From the IMG/VR virus record IMGVR_UViG_3300035696_000005, positions 32,001 through 96,000 of that record: a DNA stretch of 64,000 nt, one strand, 5' to 3'. The notes beneath the pieces were generated by a model. That model was not told where the DNA came from, searched no databases, and was given only the letters and a program-made list of their open reading frames with translations. The translations under genes and the position numbers were made by a program. Within the stretch, counting starts at the first letter, position 1; every line of letters begins with the position of its first letter. The stretch is from a virus. Shown here in pieces: positions 53,451-62,257 of this stretch.

Positions 53451-53897
53451 TTAGTCTTTGTACTGAATTCTAGGACAGATTTTCGACTTAGCCGCTACAG
53501 CATACTGAACTGCTACGGCTACTCCAGATAGCCCTTCACTGGAAGGTTTTGATTTAACATCACTGACATAGTCACCCAGCTTGTCGAGACCGAAGGCGAC
53601 ACCCCAGATAACTGCAACGAGTACCGCTATGGCAGCAAAAAGAAACAGTATAGCCTCCGCATTATGACTATGATTATGAAGCCACGACCAGAGAAGTCCT
53701 GGAATCAAACCGATCAGTACGACGACCGTAGCAAAGATGCCAACAGAGAAGATGAGAAACCACGGCACGTACCAAACCCAGCTCCAGAAGTATCCACAGA
53801 TGGACCCTGGATCGGGCTTTCTCACACCAAAGAAGTCTCTGGCTGTTTCATAGAGTCGGTAATGCCAGCTTTTCCGACTAATCACGAGATTATCCAT
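53451..53897 (-). CDS. Membrane protein
   Basis: ATG 53897 after GGAG; WHYRLY..CGYFW and two TM helices. Confidence 0.7.
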   Translation of the reverse strand: MDNLVISRKSWHYRLYETARDFFGVRKPDPGSICGYFWSWVWYVPWFLIFSVGIFATVVVLIGLIPGLLWSWLHNHSHNAEAILFLFAAIAVLVAVIWGVAFGLDKLGDYVSDVKSKPSSEGLSGVAVAVQYAVAAKSKICPRIQYKD

Positions 53898-54213
53898 CGA
53901 GAACACTCCCGCCCTTTGGGGGCTTGCTGACTGATTGGTATGCAGGCTGTGGCTGGGGTGTGACTTGTGCTGGCTGTGCCTGAGCCTGGCTTTGAGTTTG
54001 GTTCGCATTGGGTTTGTCCTTGAAAAGAACGATACTGTCACCATCGTTTGAAATCACATAGACGGCGCTCACAATCCCACCCATGAAGAAACCAAGGGCT
54101 GTCGCAGCACTCTTGGCTGTGATCTGACCGTCGCGTTTCAAGGCTTGCTTGATCATGTAATAAGCCGAGAAGCCACCACAGATCAGCCATGCAAATTCAA
54201 GAAAGTTCCACAT
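53890..54213 (-). CDS. Membrane protein
   Basis: Two TM helices, Gln/Pro tail. Confidence 0.65.
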   Translation of the reverse strand: MWNFLEFAWLICGGFSAYYMIKQALKRDGQITAKSAATALGFFMGGIVSAVYVISNDGDSIVLFKDKPNANQTQSQAQAQPAQVTPQPQPAYQSVSKPPKGGSVLDG

Positions 54214-54215
54214 AA

Positions 54216-54587
54216 CTATTTCTTCCTTCCTGCTTCAAGAATAGGAAGACCCGCTTCTGTTGGCAGATAGATGATCTGCGCATTGGGGTTTTCCTTGAGT
54301 CCTTCGATGTAAAGCCATCGAAGGTAAGCCTCATTGTTTTTCAGGGAATCGCCGATGATAGCATTGGCTTTTGCCACACCTTCGGCACGAGCAATCTCTG
54401 CTGATGCCAAGTGGGTTGCGGCCTGTTCTTTTGCAAGCGCCTCCTGAACAGCAACTTTGGTGTTGTACTCGGCCTTGGAGAGTTCAGCCTTACCATCCAT
54501 CTCGGATTCCCAAACATGGTAGGGAGGCCAGATGCCGCACCCACTGACGGATACAGACAGCAAAAGCAGTGCAATTAGCTTTTTCAT
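54216..54587 (-). CDS. Lipid-anchored SPFH/prohibitin-like coiled-coil protein
   Basis: Lipobox VSGC; EIARAEGVAKANAIIGDSL..YLRWL..IYLPTEAGLPILEA. Confidence 0.7.
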   Translation of the reverse strand: MKKLIALLLLSVSVSGCGIWPPYHVWESEMDGKAELSKAEYNTKVAVQEALAKEQAATHLASAEIARAEGVAKANAIIGDSLKNNEAYLRWLYIEGLKENPNAQIIYLPTEAGLPILEAGRKK

Positions 54588-54850
54588 CGTGTGCTTCCTC
54601 TTTCTTCGAGTTCATGGGTAACAGGCGGATCGACCAATTTGATCGAACAAGTGCTGTACTTACGACCAACGACTGCGTCGCAGATGCGAGCGTTAAAGCC
54701 AGTGTCGAGCTCTACCTTACAGAAGTTCTCGCACATAGTGCTTACGCGACAGCTGATGATTTTCTTCACCTGAACAATGTCGCAGCTCTTGCTTGATGGA
54801 TCGTGTGCGCAGCCAGAAAGTAATACCAGAAACAACCAATACTTTTTCAT
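54584..54850 (-). CDS. Small Cys-rich lipoprotein
   Basis: Lipobox LSGC. Confidence 0.7.
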   Translation of the reverse strand: MKKYWLFLVLLSGCAHDPSSKSCDIVQVKKIISCRVSTMCENFCKVELDTGFNARICDAVVGRKYSTCSIKLVDPPVTHELEERGSTR

Positions 54851-55111
54851 TCATCCTCTTCTTTCTTGTATCTCGGGACGGTTTGCTTTTCGGAGAAGCA
54901 TGGTAGCTCCTGCTTCAGGCATTGGATCAAAAAATATATCTTGAAACTCTCCTGCTCCGTGCGTTGCGTGTCCAAGAACGTACCACGGGTGACGAGCATC
55001 TCCACTCTGAGCAATACCCATCACAACAGCAAACTCTCCTCTACGAAACCACCCCGATGGGTGATCTTGGTTGAACTTAATCATATCTCCTGGAAGATAT
55101 CCTGCGGTCAT
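54851..55111 (-). CDS. Hypothetical protein (SH3-like beta barrel?)
   Basis: PGDMIKF..GEFAVV. Confidence 0.55.
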   Translation of the reverse strand: MTAGYLPGDMIKFNQDHPSGWFRRGEFAVVMGIAQSGDARHPWYVLGHATHGAGEFQDIFFDPMPEAGATMLLRKANRPEIQERRG

Positions 55112-55114
55112 TTC

Positions 55115-55378
55115 TTACCTCGGTGAAATCAAACAAACCCAACCACTAGCTTGCGGAAACTTCTCCCGACAAGCTTCGTAGTGAAGGTAATGCATGAGAG
55201 CCCAAAAGCCAATACCAATCGCCAAGGAAAGATAAAGCTTCTTTTTCCAGCGAGGCATTGGATGGTTTTTTCGTTTTGCTTTCTCAACGTAGGCAGCGAC
55301 ATGATCGAGCGCCTCTGGGGAGAGTGCGTGGATTGAAGCTTCGAGCTCCTTAAGAGCCATCTCTTTTTCTGTACTCAT
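55115..55378 (-). CDS. Membrane-anchored hypothetical protein
   Basis: Single TM helix near C-terminus. Confidence 0.6.
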   Translation of the reverse strand: MSTEKEMALKELEASIHALSPEALDHVAAYVEKAKRKNHPMPRWKKKLYLSLAIGIGFWALMHYLHYEACREKFPQASGWVCLISPR

Positions 55379-56058
55379 ACAATTCCTTTCACTTGATCAG
55401 TTGTGCAAGCCTGAACTTTCTCGGTAAAACCAGAAAGAAGAGCTAGCGCCATTCCTCCCCAGAAAACCCAGAAACTCAGGTGTGCTGAGGATTCAAAGTT
55501 TGCTCCTTGGATCTTAGCTCCTTCCATGACCATCTTAAGACCTACGATCAATACAAGAAGATAAGCACTTCGTTCAAGCTTCGGGAAAACCTCAATAGCT
55601 CGAATGAAGAGTCCGGATACAAATCGCATCATAGTGATGCCTAAAACGCCACCAGTGAAAACAACCCAAAACTTCTTACTCACAGCAACAGAAGCCAAGA
55701 TCGAGTCCATGGAAAAGGTGATGTCCGTGAGTTCCACGAACACCACCATCTTCCAGAACTTTCTAGAAAGTGCCTGCGCATCTGTCTTGGATTCATCCTC
55801 TTCGGGAGGACCGAAGAAGTGGTGCATTGCCATCCAAATCAAGTAACCGCCTCCCAGGAACTTCACCCAGTAAGAGCGCATCAAATAGGTTAGAAAGGCT
55901 AATGCAGTAAAGCGAAAACCATAGGCTCCGAAGATCCCGTAGGTTAACGCTTTCTTTTGTTGATTGTGAGGAAGGTGTTTCACCATGGCTGCAAGAGCCA
56001 GAGCATTATCAAAAGACAGGAGCCCTTCGAGAATGATCAAAAAACCAATAGCAACCAA
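55375..56058 (-). CDS. terC: TerC/Alx-family integral membrane protein
   Basis: LEGLLSFDNALAL, YGIFGAYGFR, VELTDITFSMDSI, LIVGLKM; TTG start with weak SD. Confidence 0.9.
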   Translation of the reverse strand: MVAIGFLIILEGLLSFDNALALAAMVKHLPHNQQKKALTYGIFGAYGFRFTALAFLTYLMRSYWVKFLGGGYLIWMAMHHFFGPPEEDESKTDAQALSRKFWKMVVFVELTDITFSMDSILASVAVSKKFWVVFTGGVLGITMMRFVSGLFIRAIEVFPKLERSAYLLVLIVGLKMVMEGAKIQGANFESSAHLSFWVFWGGMALALLSGFTEKVQACTTDQVKGIV

Positions 56059-56183
56059 GTCTTGAAGTGACCTACAACAAGCAGGACAACTCCGCTGAAA
56101 TCACCGAAGGCGCTCTTGAAGCCGAGTGCCATCTCGAAGCTCCGGACGCTCAGTAATCCGCTTCGTTTCATTTACGATGGGGC

Positions 56184-56218
56184 AAAGGGGCGGGCTCAGG
56201 CTTGCCCCTTTTTCTTTT
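56184..56218 (+). terminator. Intrinsic terminator antisense to terC leader
   Basis: AAAGGGGCGGGC/GCTTGCCCCTTT (G-U pairs valid on +) then TTCTTTT. Confidence 0.6.
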
Positions 56219-56476
56219 CCCTTTCCGCCATTTTCCCGATTTTAAATAGCCCTAAACCAAACTGGCATCGTCCGCTGTGCAAAAGAGAACTGTGTAATTA
56301 CATGGACTTAGGAAGCAACTCTGAAATTCAAGCGCGGTACATATAAACTAAATTAGCTGCACTGAGGCCAACAGTTAATGATTTGCCGCGCATTCTGAAT
56401 GTCCTTCACAATGACATATTAGTTGAATACGGCTGTACCTTGGATATGGCAGGTCGGAGAACGGCGTTTGGCGAAT

Positions 56477-56505
56477 TAGCGTAATCCACTGATTTCCGCT
56501 ATAAT
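56477..56505 (+). promoter_or_regulatory. Promoter for a probably leaderless gene
   Basis: TAGCGT-N17-TATAAT, ATG 6 nt after. Confidence 0.5.
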
Positions 56506-56511
56506 AGAAAT

Positions 56512-56745
56512 ATGTCGAACGAACGGCGTAAGCAACTCAAAGAGCTAAAAGAGAGTACAGGCGGCTACATGTCCGTAGATCGCCGCCAGGCACTTCGCCA
56601 GAATGCTGCTGACATTCAACGTCTAGTAAGACCCTTAGTTAGTCCCCAGCAACCCGCTCGCCCAGCCCCTCAGGCTGCAACTACACCGCCTACGACAACC
56701 CCTCCCCCAGCTTCCGGCACTGGCCCAGGCACAAGAAGGCAATAG
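56512..56745 (+). CDS. Small Pro/Thr-rich protein
   Basis: Perfect -10 upstream; isolated + strand ORF. Confidence 0.55.
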   Translation: MSNERRKQLKELKESTGGYMSVDRRQALRQNAADIQRLVRPLVSPQQPARPAPQAATTPPTTTPPPASGTGPGTRRQ

Positions 56746-57005
56746 CTTATTTCTCCAATATCGCTCACCCAAACGTTAGTCCTGTGGGGCGTACCAGGAT
56801 TTTTCGCTCTATTCCTTTTTCAAGTGGGGATGCAGGCGAGAAATCGAAATGGGTGGGACTTCGTTGCTCAAGCCGCCGCGTTTGCGATGCTTTGCTTCGC
56901 CGTTTCCCGAATTGAACAAATTCTTCTCAAGCACATTCTGTGTGAACACTTCTATGCTTCTTTGAAAGGTTTTTGGAATTCTACCTTTCCCTACGAAGGC
57001 TCAGC

Positions 57006-57635
57006 TCAATATTTTCTCGCATCAGTTACTGCGGTCAGGTTTTTCTTCCCGATCGATTCCACCGTCAAGGTGTCCACGATGTCATACTTCGCGCCTTCTT
57101 TTTCGAGATCGTCGTCGAGACGATTCAAGAAAGCAGTCGCTTTGTCGTCGTGTCCGACCTGCACGAAAGTGATGTTGAGCTCATCCGGATTCGTGAGGCG
57201 GTTGGCCGCGTTCACGATCACTTTGGCGACCTTAGCTTGGTCGTCCGGCTCACCATCGGTCACGACGAAGATGGCTTCGCCGTTTGCTTTGGTCTTGCCT
57301 GCGGCTTTGCGGACGAGGTAGTCGTCCAGCTCAGCTGCGAGGGCAAGGTGCAGCGCAGTGCTGCCACCCGGCTCGGTGGTCTTGAAGATCTGCTCGACTT
57401 TGTCCGCTTTCACGCCAGTGTAGCGAACGGGGGCAGTCGAGAAGACTTGGAAGAAGATGCCTTCCGGCGACAGCTCAGCGAGTTTCGAAGCAACGCCAAT
57501 GGACGTTTCTTCGACAGCGGCCCAGCGGCTTTGAGTGCCGGTAGAGCCCGCGTCAGCAGTTCGCATGCTTCCGCTACGATCGATGAGAAGAGCGTAGTCG
57601 CGATTCAAGAGTGCCGGGTTAAGTGCCATAGTCAT
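57006..57635 (-). CDS. von Willebrand factor A domain protein (TerY-like)
   Basis: MIDAS DRSGS, PGGST, VVTDGEP, VQVG; GC-rich (sampled lines 52-67%). Confidence 0.85.
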   Translation of the reverse strand: MTMALNPALLNRDYALLIDRSGSMRTADAGSTGTQSRWAAVEETSIGVASKLAELSPEGIFFQVFSTAPVRYTGVKADKVEQIFKTTEPGGSTALHLALAAELDDYLVRKAAGKTKANGEAIFVVTDGEPDDQAKVAKVIVNAANRLTNPDELNITFVQVGHDDKATAFLNRLDDDLEKEGAKYDIVDTLTVESIGKKNLTAVTDARKY

Positions 57636-57723
57636 TCTGATTCTCCTTTGATTGGTACTTCATTGATTAGCTAATCGAGTGGATAATCCACCCCTTTGTA
57701 GATGATCGATCACCTACAAAACT

Positions 57724-57951
57724 TTACGCAGCCGGAGGTAGATCCGGCTCTTCAGTCTTTTTGTCCTTCAGGTACTGAAGAAGCTTCTGGTAACACTCAA
57801 CTTCAGTGTCTGCAAGAAGCGATATCGGGCTCATTTTGAAATCAAGAAACTTAGGAATGCACTTCCCACTTTTTGTCCTCTCGATCTCAACATCCCGACC
57901 AGCAAGTCTACGAACCTGCCTTTTTAAAAACTCAAGATTGGGTTCCGCCAT
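57724..57951 (-). CDS. Hypothetical protein
   Basis: SD GAGG. Confidence 0.65.
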   Translation of the reverse strand: MAEPNLEFLKRQVRRLAGRDVEIERTKSGKCIPKFLDFKMSPISLLADTEVECYQKLLQYLKDKKTEEPDLPPAA

Positions 57952-58183
57952 CTTTTACCTCGCTAAGAACTTTCGCAAGAGCAAGAACATCCTTCGCTGA
58001 ATCGAAGTTCTCGGATACGAATTGTTTGAGTGTACTTGTATCTGTTTTGATGAGACTAGGTCCCCCATCGAAGGCGAAAGAGGTTCCATCTTCAAACAAA
58101 AAATAGAGGACACCGTTACTCTCATCTTTGCCGACCCAGGCAAGTTTATTGCCGATCAGCTTCCTCAGCTCACTTATATCCAT
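57932..58183 (-). CDS. Hypothetical protein
   Basis: SD AAGGAG. Confidence 0.65.
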   Translation of the reverse strand: MDISELRKLIGNKLAWVGKDESNGVLYFLFEDGTSFAFDGGPSLIKTDTSTLKQFVSENFDSAKDVLALAKVLSEVKDGGTQS

Positions 58184-58279
58184 TTATGGCTCCTTTTTGT
58201 TCGCATAAAGCGCGATCTGTGTCATCCAATGCACCACATTTCTGACACGATTTTGTGGTGAGCACAAGAAATAGGACGA

Positions 58280-59263
58280 CTAAGAAGACGACGTAGGTGT
58301 AGTTGCTTCCCGCTCTTCGCACGCTCTCAAAACCTCGCTGAACCGCACCGTGATGAGTTGCCTATCTGAGTGCTTGATGTACTCCTCATGAGTACTTGTG
58401 GCAATCTTCTGAATCCAGCCAAAGACATCGCCATGAAGATTATCCACATGGTGAACAAAGGCTGCCTCAGGAGTTGCCATGTCTACTGGGCTTCCGTAAG
58501 CAAGCTTACCGTGGTGGGCAAGAATCACATGACACATATGATCTCTGATCACTTCAGGTACGCCAAATTTGTTGCAGGTCTCAAAAACCAGCTGGCTCGT
58601 CATCGGGATGTGAGGAACTAATAGCCCCTGTACAGTCTTTTTGAACCCGGCTGATTGCTGGTACTCAAACATTTTACCGAAGTCGTGAAACAACACGCCA
58701 AACATGCAGAGATCTTTGTTAAGAGCATCTCTATAAAACGGAAGAGTAAAGAGCTTCTCGACGGTTTCACACATCTGAGAGGTATGCTCAAGAAGCCCTC
58801 CCACGAAAGCGTGGTGCATGTAGCTTGCTGCAGGGCTGATCCTAAAGCCTTCCTCAAAGCCTTGCTGGTGCATAAGATCAAACGCCACAGTCCTGAAGTA
58901 AGTGCTCTCAAAGCCTTCGATATAGCCGCAAACTTTAGCCCACATCTCCTCAACCGAGTAAGATGAAGTAACTGCGAAGTCTTCGTCATCGGTGCTCTCC
59001 CTAGGAGCGAGGCGTTCAATTTTGATCTGGGGTTTTCCTTCGTATTCACTCACACTTCCAGTAACGTGATAGATCGTATCTACGGCTGGAATAGAAGGTC
59101 CTAGATCCCACATGACAAAGACAACTGAACCGCTCTTATCGGAAAGTGTTCCCCTGGCGAACTGCGTATTTCTTTTAGTGACTCCTGTCTTAACTTCTTT
59201 AAACAGAAAGTCCGCTTGGATTTGCTGACCCATCTGAAGGTCTTTGACCATGAGTTTCGCCAT
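58280..59263 (-). CDS. yhaM: YhaM/Cbf1-like 3'-5' exoribonuclease (OB + HD)
   Basis: OB fold N-terminus; PAAS.MHHAFVGGLLEHT, LFHDFGK, H.ILAHHG, DNL. Confidence 0.9.
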   Translation of the reverse strand: MAKLMVKDLQMGQQIQADFLFKEVKTGVTKRNTQFARGTLSDKSGSVVFVMWDLGPSIPAVDTIYHVTGSVSEYEGKPQIKIERLAPRESTDDEDFAVTSSYSVEEMWAKVCGYIEGFESTYFRTVAFDLMHQQGFEEGFRISPAASYMHHAFVGGLLEHTSQMCETVEKLFTLPFYRDALNKDLCMFGVLFHDFGKMFEYQQSAGFKKTVQGLLVPHIPMTSQLVFETCNKFGVPEVIRDHMCHVILAHHGKLAYGSPVDMATPEAAFVHHVDNLHGDVFGWIQKIATSTHEEYIKHSDRQLITVRFSEVLRACEEREATTPTSSS

Positions 59264-59693
59264 CTTTTCCTTCTTCCTTTTGAATCTCTTTTTCGTACTC
59301 GTTTACGAGCTTCTTGATGTTCTCGAACGACGTAGCGAATACCTTTTCTTTATCAAGCTCAGGCAAGCCATGCAGAACGATTGCGATCTGTTGAGCCATC
59401 AAGTGAAACGTGACGTTTGCCACCATATTGCACTGGGCAATAGGTTGCACAGCTGCTGCCGGGTTGACCTCCTCACCTTTGAAGAAAAGAAGGTTCTGAA
59501 GCACAGTAGGAAGTGGTTGATACTGATTCTCACCCACCTTCTGGTAGAGATTTCTCAGCTCGCCTGCATCCTTCTGCGCTTCGTTCCAGGGAGTATAAAG
59601 GGGTTTAAAGTCAGCGAAAAAATCGTGAAGGCTCTCACCAAGGCTGGTGAGTAGTTTGGCCTCCGTCACTTGCAAGAACTGTTTTGGGTGCAT
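59199..59693 (-). CDS. Hypothetical protein
   Basis: SD AGGAG. Confidence 0.65.
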   Translation of the reverse strand: MHPKQFLQVTEAKLLTSLGESLHDFFADFKPLYTPWNEAQKDAGELRNLYQKVGENQYQPLPTVLQNLLFFKGEEVNPAAAVQPIAQCNMVANVTFHLMAQQIAIVLHGLPELDKEKVFATSFENIKKLVNEYEKEIQKEEGKDGETHGQRPSDGSANPSGLSV

Positions 59694-59988
59694 ATTGAGT
59701 CTCCTGGCCCAATTCTTTCATTGCTTCACGTAGTAAGTCAACGGAAACTAAGCTAAAGAACTCAACTTGTTCCTTTCCAGTAGTGGGTTTCGTCGTGTAG
59801 ATCATGAGTTCACCCGAGGCATGCTTGGCAATTCTCAAGTTAGGTCCAATCTGTTTACTTCGGGATTGCATCACAAACGAGTTAATTTCTTGACTCACCT
59901 GCTCCAGAGAAAGCTGGAGCTGCTGCTTTCTTTGTCTTAGGCTCTTCAGTTGGGAACGGGATTCTGATTCAAAGAAATCGGGTTGCAT
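59635..59988 (-). CDS. Hypothetical protein with coiled coil
   Basis: SD GGAGG. Confidence 0.6.
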   Translation of the reverse strand: MQPDFFESESRSQLKSLRQRKQQLQLSLEQVSQEINSFVMQSRSKQIGPNLRIAKHASGELMIYTTKPTTGKEQVEFFSLVSVDLLREAMKELGQETQYAPKTVLASDGGQTTHQPW

Positions 59989-59991
59989 AGG

Positions 59992-60240
59992 TTACCTCCG
60001 AGGGGCGTTACGAACAGCAACAATAATTGCGTTAATGCGTGTACGAAGCGGACTTGGGTTGGACCCACTACTGAACTTCCAAAGCTCTTTTTTGAACTTA
60101 TTCAGGCAATGCATACATGTGACATTGCTGATCTCTGCAGTACTCGGCGCAGTCGCAACATAACTGTTGCATGCAACATAGGACGCTAGGCTGTTGTCAA
60201 TCATCGCGGATAGTTTAAGATGGACCTTTGGTCTGGCCAT
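59992..60240 (-). CDS. Hypothetical protein
   Basis: VH..AC..VTCMHC. Confidence 0.6.
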   Translation of the reverse strand: MARPKVHLKLSAMIDNSLASYVACNSYVATAPSTAEISNVTCMHCLNKFKKELWKFSSGSNPSPLRTRINAIIVAVRNAPRR

Positions 60241-60415
60241 TTTGTGTCTCCTTTTGAATTAGTAACAAATACGATCTGAGTTTACATTCAAGGCAATTTG
60301 GGAACATTACGTCCTTATGCCTGTGTCTATACAACAAGTATTCGATTGCTTCTTCGGTTAGTTGCTTAATTTGATTCATAGAAGAAAGAGGTACCCCTGA
60401 GTCGGATTCGCTCAT
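60215..60415 (-). CDS. Hypothetical protein
   Basis: H.H..CLEC. Confidence 0.5.
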   Translation of the reverse strand: MSESDSGVPLSSMNQIKQLTEEAIEYLLYRHRHKDVMFPNCLECKLRSYLLLIQKETQNGQTKGPS

Positions 60416-60501
60416 AAAAATTGCCCGTGCCTTGTGACTAAGCTCTTCGAACGAAGAGCGAAGGTATCTTTTAGTGTATGAAGAAGTGAGTAACCCGTCA
60501 A

Positions 60502-60843
60502 TCAGTGCGACGACGAATTTTTTTCGTCTTTGTCTTTAAGAACTTCGATGAAGTTCTCTCGGCACTTTGCAAACAAATGCGCCATAGATTCAAAGATCTT
60601 TTCTAAGTAGCGCTCGTAATCGAACTGAGGGTTTTTTGCTGAGTGATAGGCCAGTTGTTTGACGAAGAGTGTAACAAGAGCCCCACCCATAATATCGAGC
60701 TCGACCGTTGATTTAAGCTTGTATTTTTTAATTTCATCGCTCTTAAAAAACTTATCAACTTCGGCTGCAACAAGTTTTTCAAGCTCACTTTGTACGAGGT
60801 CGGTGGGAAGCGCAGTATTCTTTTCTCTGACCCGAGCATTCAT
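60502..60843 (-). CDS. Hypothetical helical protein
   Basis: GGTATAAG box at 60856-60863 upstream. Confidence 0.65.
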   Translation of the reverse strand: MNARVREKNTALPTDLVQSELEKLVAAEVDKFFKSDEIKKYKLKSTVELDIMGGALVTLFVKQLAYHSAKNPQFDYERYLEKIFESMAHLFAKCRENFIEVLKDKDEKNSSSH

Positions 60844-60856
60844 CCCTGCTTATCCC

Positions 60857-61465
60857 TTATACCGACTGAGGCTTCTTTTGAGACTCATCAAATTTCTTCC
60901 ACACAGCTGCCATACCGCCTTGGTTATAGATTGGAAGAAGATTCTCGCACAAAAATCCATAGAGAAATTCTGAGTGTGGAATGTCTGGAAACTTAACCCA
61001 AAGATAGCCTGCATCAAGTCCGAGGCTCTTACTGAGTTCGGCTAGTTGTTTCCAAGGATGGCTAGGAGCCCAACTCCACTGCCAAGGCTGCCCAGAAGCA
61101 GCACTAGAAAACACAAGGTCAACAGCAGCCCCGTACTGATGAGCAGAGTGACCAGGAGGCGCATCAGTAACAACTTTAGAGCGGTCCACCACGTTACCGG
61201 TTTCGTCTCGTCCTTCGGCATAGAGTTCCTTCTGACGACCCATCGTCCGAAGACCCTCGAAAATTCTTACTTCCATTCCCTGTTCGTGAGCCTTCGTAAT
61301 TAATTGTCGCACGATGGCTGCAAACGGCGGATAAAGTTCGGTTAGTTTTTGCTCGTCTTCCAGGCAAAGGGTAAACGTCGGAGTGGCTTGAGGTAGCGGC
61401 TGAGGAGTGGGCTTTGGCCTGTAGGTAAAAAGAGAAAGGATGAGCCGGATTAACTTCTGAAGCAT
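60857..61465 (-). CDS. Endolysin, M15 (L-Ala-D-Glu/D-Ala-D-Ala) peptidase family
   Basis: EGLRT..RQKELYA.GR, SAHQYGAAVD, D.PH.E. Confidence 0.9.
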   Translation of the reverse strand: MLQKLIRLILSLFTYRPKPTPQPLPQATPTFTLCLEDEQKLTELYPPFAAIVRQLITKAHEQGMEVRIFEGLRTMGRQKELYAEGRDETGNVVDRSKVVTDAPPGHSAHQYGAAVDLVFSSAASGQPWQWSWAPSHPWKQLAELSKSLGLDAGYLWVKFPDIPHSEFLYGFLCENLLPIYNQGGMAAVWKKFDESQKKPQSV

Positions 61466-61619
61466 AGATACAGTATACATGAGTTTGTCAAATCAGAATA
61501 GCTAAAGAAAACGCTAGCTTGTAAGTCGCCCGGGCAATACTAACTGGTCACGTTAGCGTAAGCCCGGGCCAAGCCGCGAATTTTTACTCAGGAACCACCC
61601 CTTTCAGCAGCGGCACATC

Positions 61620-61856
61620 TTATTTCTTCGATGTCAGATACATGTAGTGCTTTCCGGGCTTGTATTCGATCATCACGGGCTGATCATTCTCAATGGCGGC
61701 ATAGCAACCATTGATGAAGTCATCACTTAGATAACCCTTCATTGCCCAGGTTTTCATGTGAAGCTGAATATCGGAAAGGGATCGTTTGTCTGTTCCCTGT
61801 GCGTGGTGAACGTTTGCAATCACCTTCACTTTTTCAAGTTTACCTAGTTCTGCCAC
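61620..61856 (-). CDS. Hypothetical protein
   Basis: GTG after GGAGG. Confidence 0.6.
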   Translation of the reverse strand: MAELGKLEKVKVIANVHHAQGTDKRSLSDIQLHMKTWAMKGYLSDDFINGCYAAIENDQPVMIEYKPGKHYMYLTSKK

Positions 61857-61864
61857 CTAACCTC

Positions 61865-62257
61865 CTAATTCCCGTGCGGCGCTGACTTCATCAAATTCGC
61901 AAAGTACTCGATGAGAAATACCTTCGGTGCAACATAGCACTTCAGTATGTCGAGTAGATTTGAAATGAAGAAGCCAGTCCCGACAGCCAGACTAATAATA
62001 CCCATCACGATAGAGCCGCCTTGCACTCCATCGTCCGGACTGTCCTTAGCGGCTTCCCTCCTAAAGATCCTAAAGCACCAAATGCTAAAAACCAGGAAGG
62101 CAACCCCGAAGAATAGCCAAACCATTGCCTCAGCAATGTTCCACTGAATGATTTGCTTCAGCACATCTGGAGCCTGATCCAATACGAAGTTTTTAGCGCT
62201 TCGCAAGGAATCCAGAGTGTCCTTGATGAATTGCTCCGTGAGTCCGTTTTTATCCAT
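61865..62257 (-). CDS. Two-TM membrane protein (holin candidate by position only)
   Basis: Two hydrophobic helices; APKVFLIEY; two genes upstream of endolysin. Confidence 0.55.
   Translation of the reverse strand: MDKNGLTEQFIKDTLDSLRSAKNFVLDQAPDVLKQIIQWNIAEAMVWLFFGVAFLVFSIWCFRIFRREAAKDSPDDGVQGGSIVMGIISLAVGTGFFISNLLDILKCYVAPKVFLIEYFANLMKSAPHGN

Noticed and set aside
56512-57321. Possible TAG read-through joining the 77-aa ORF to an in-frame downstream ORF
   Set aside because: The downstream frame runs antisense through the well-supported vWA gene, and TAG is used as a normal stop elsewhere, so recoding is unsupported.
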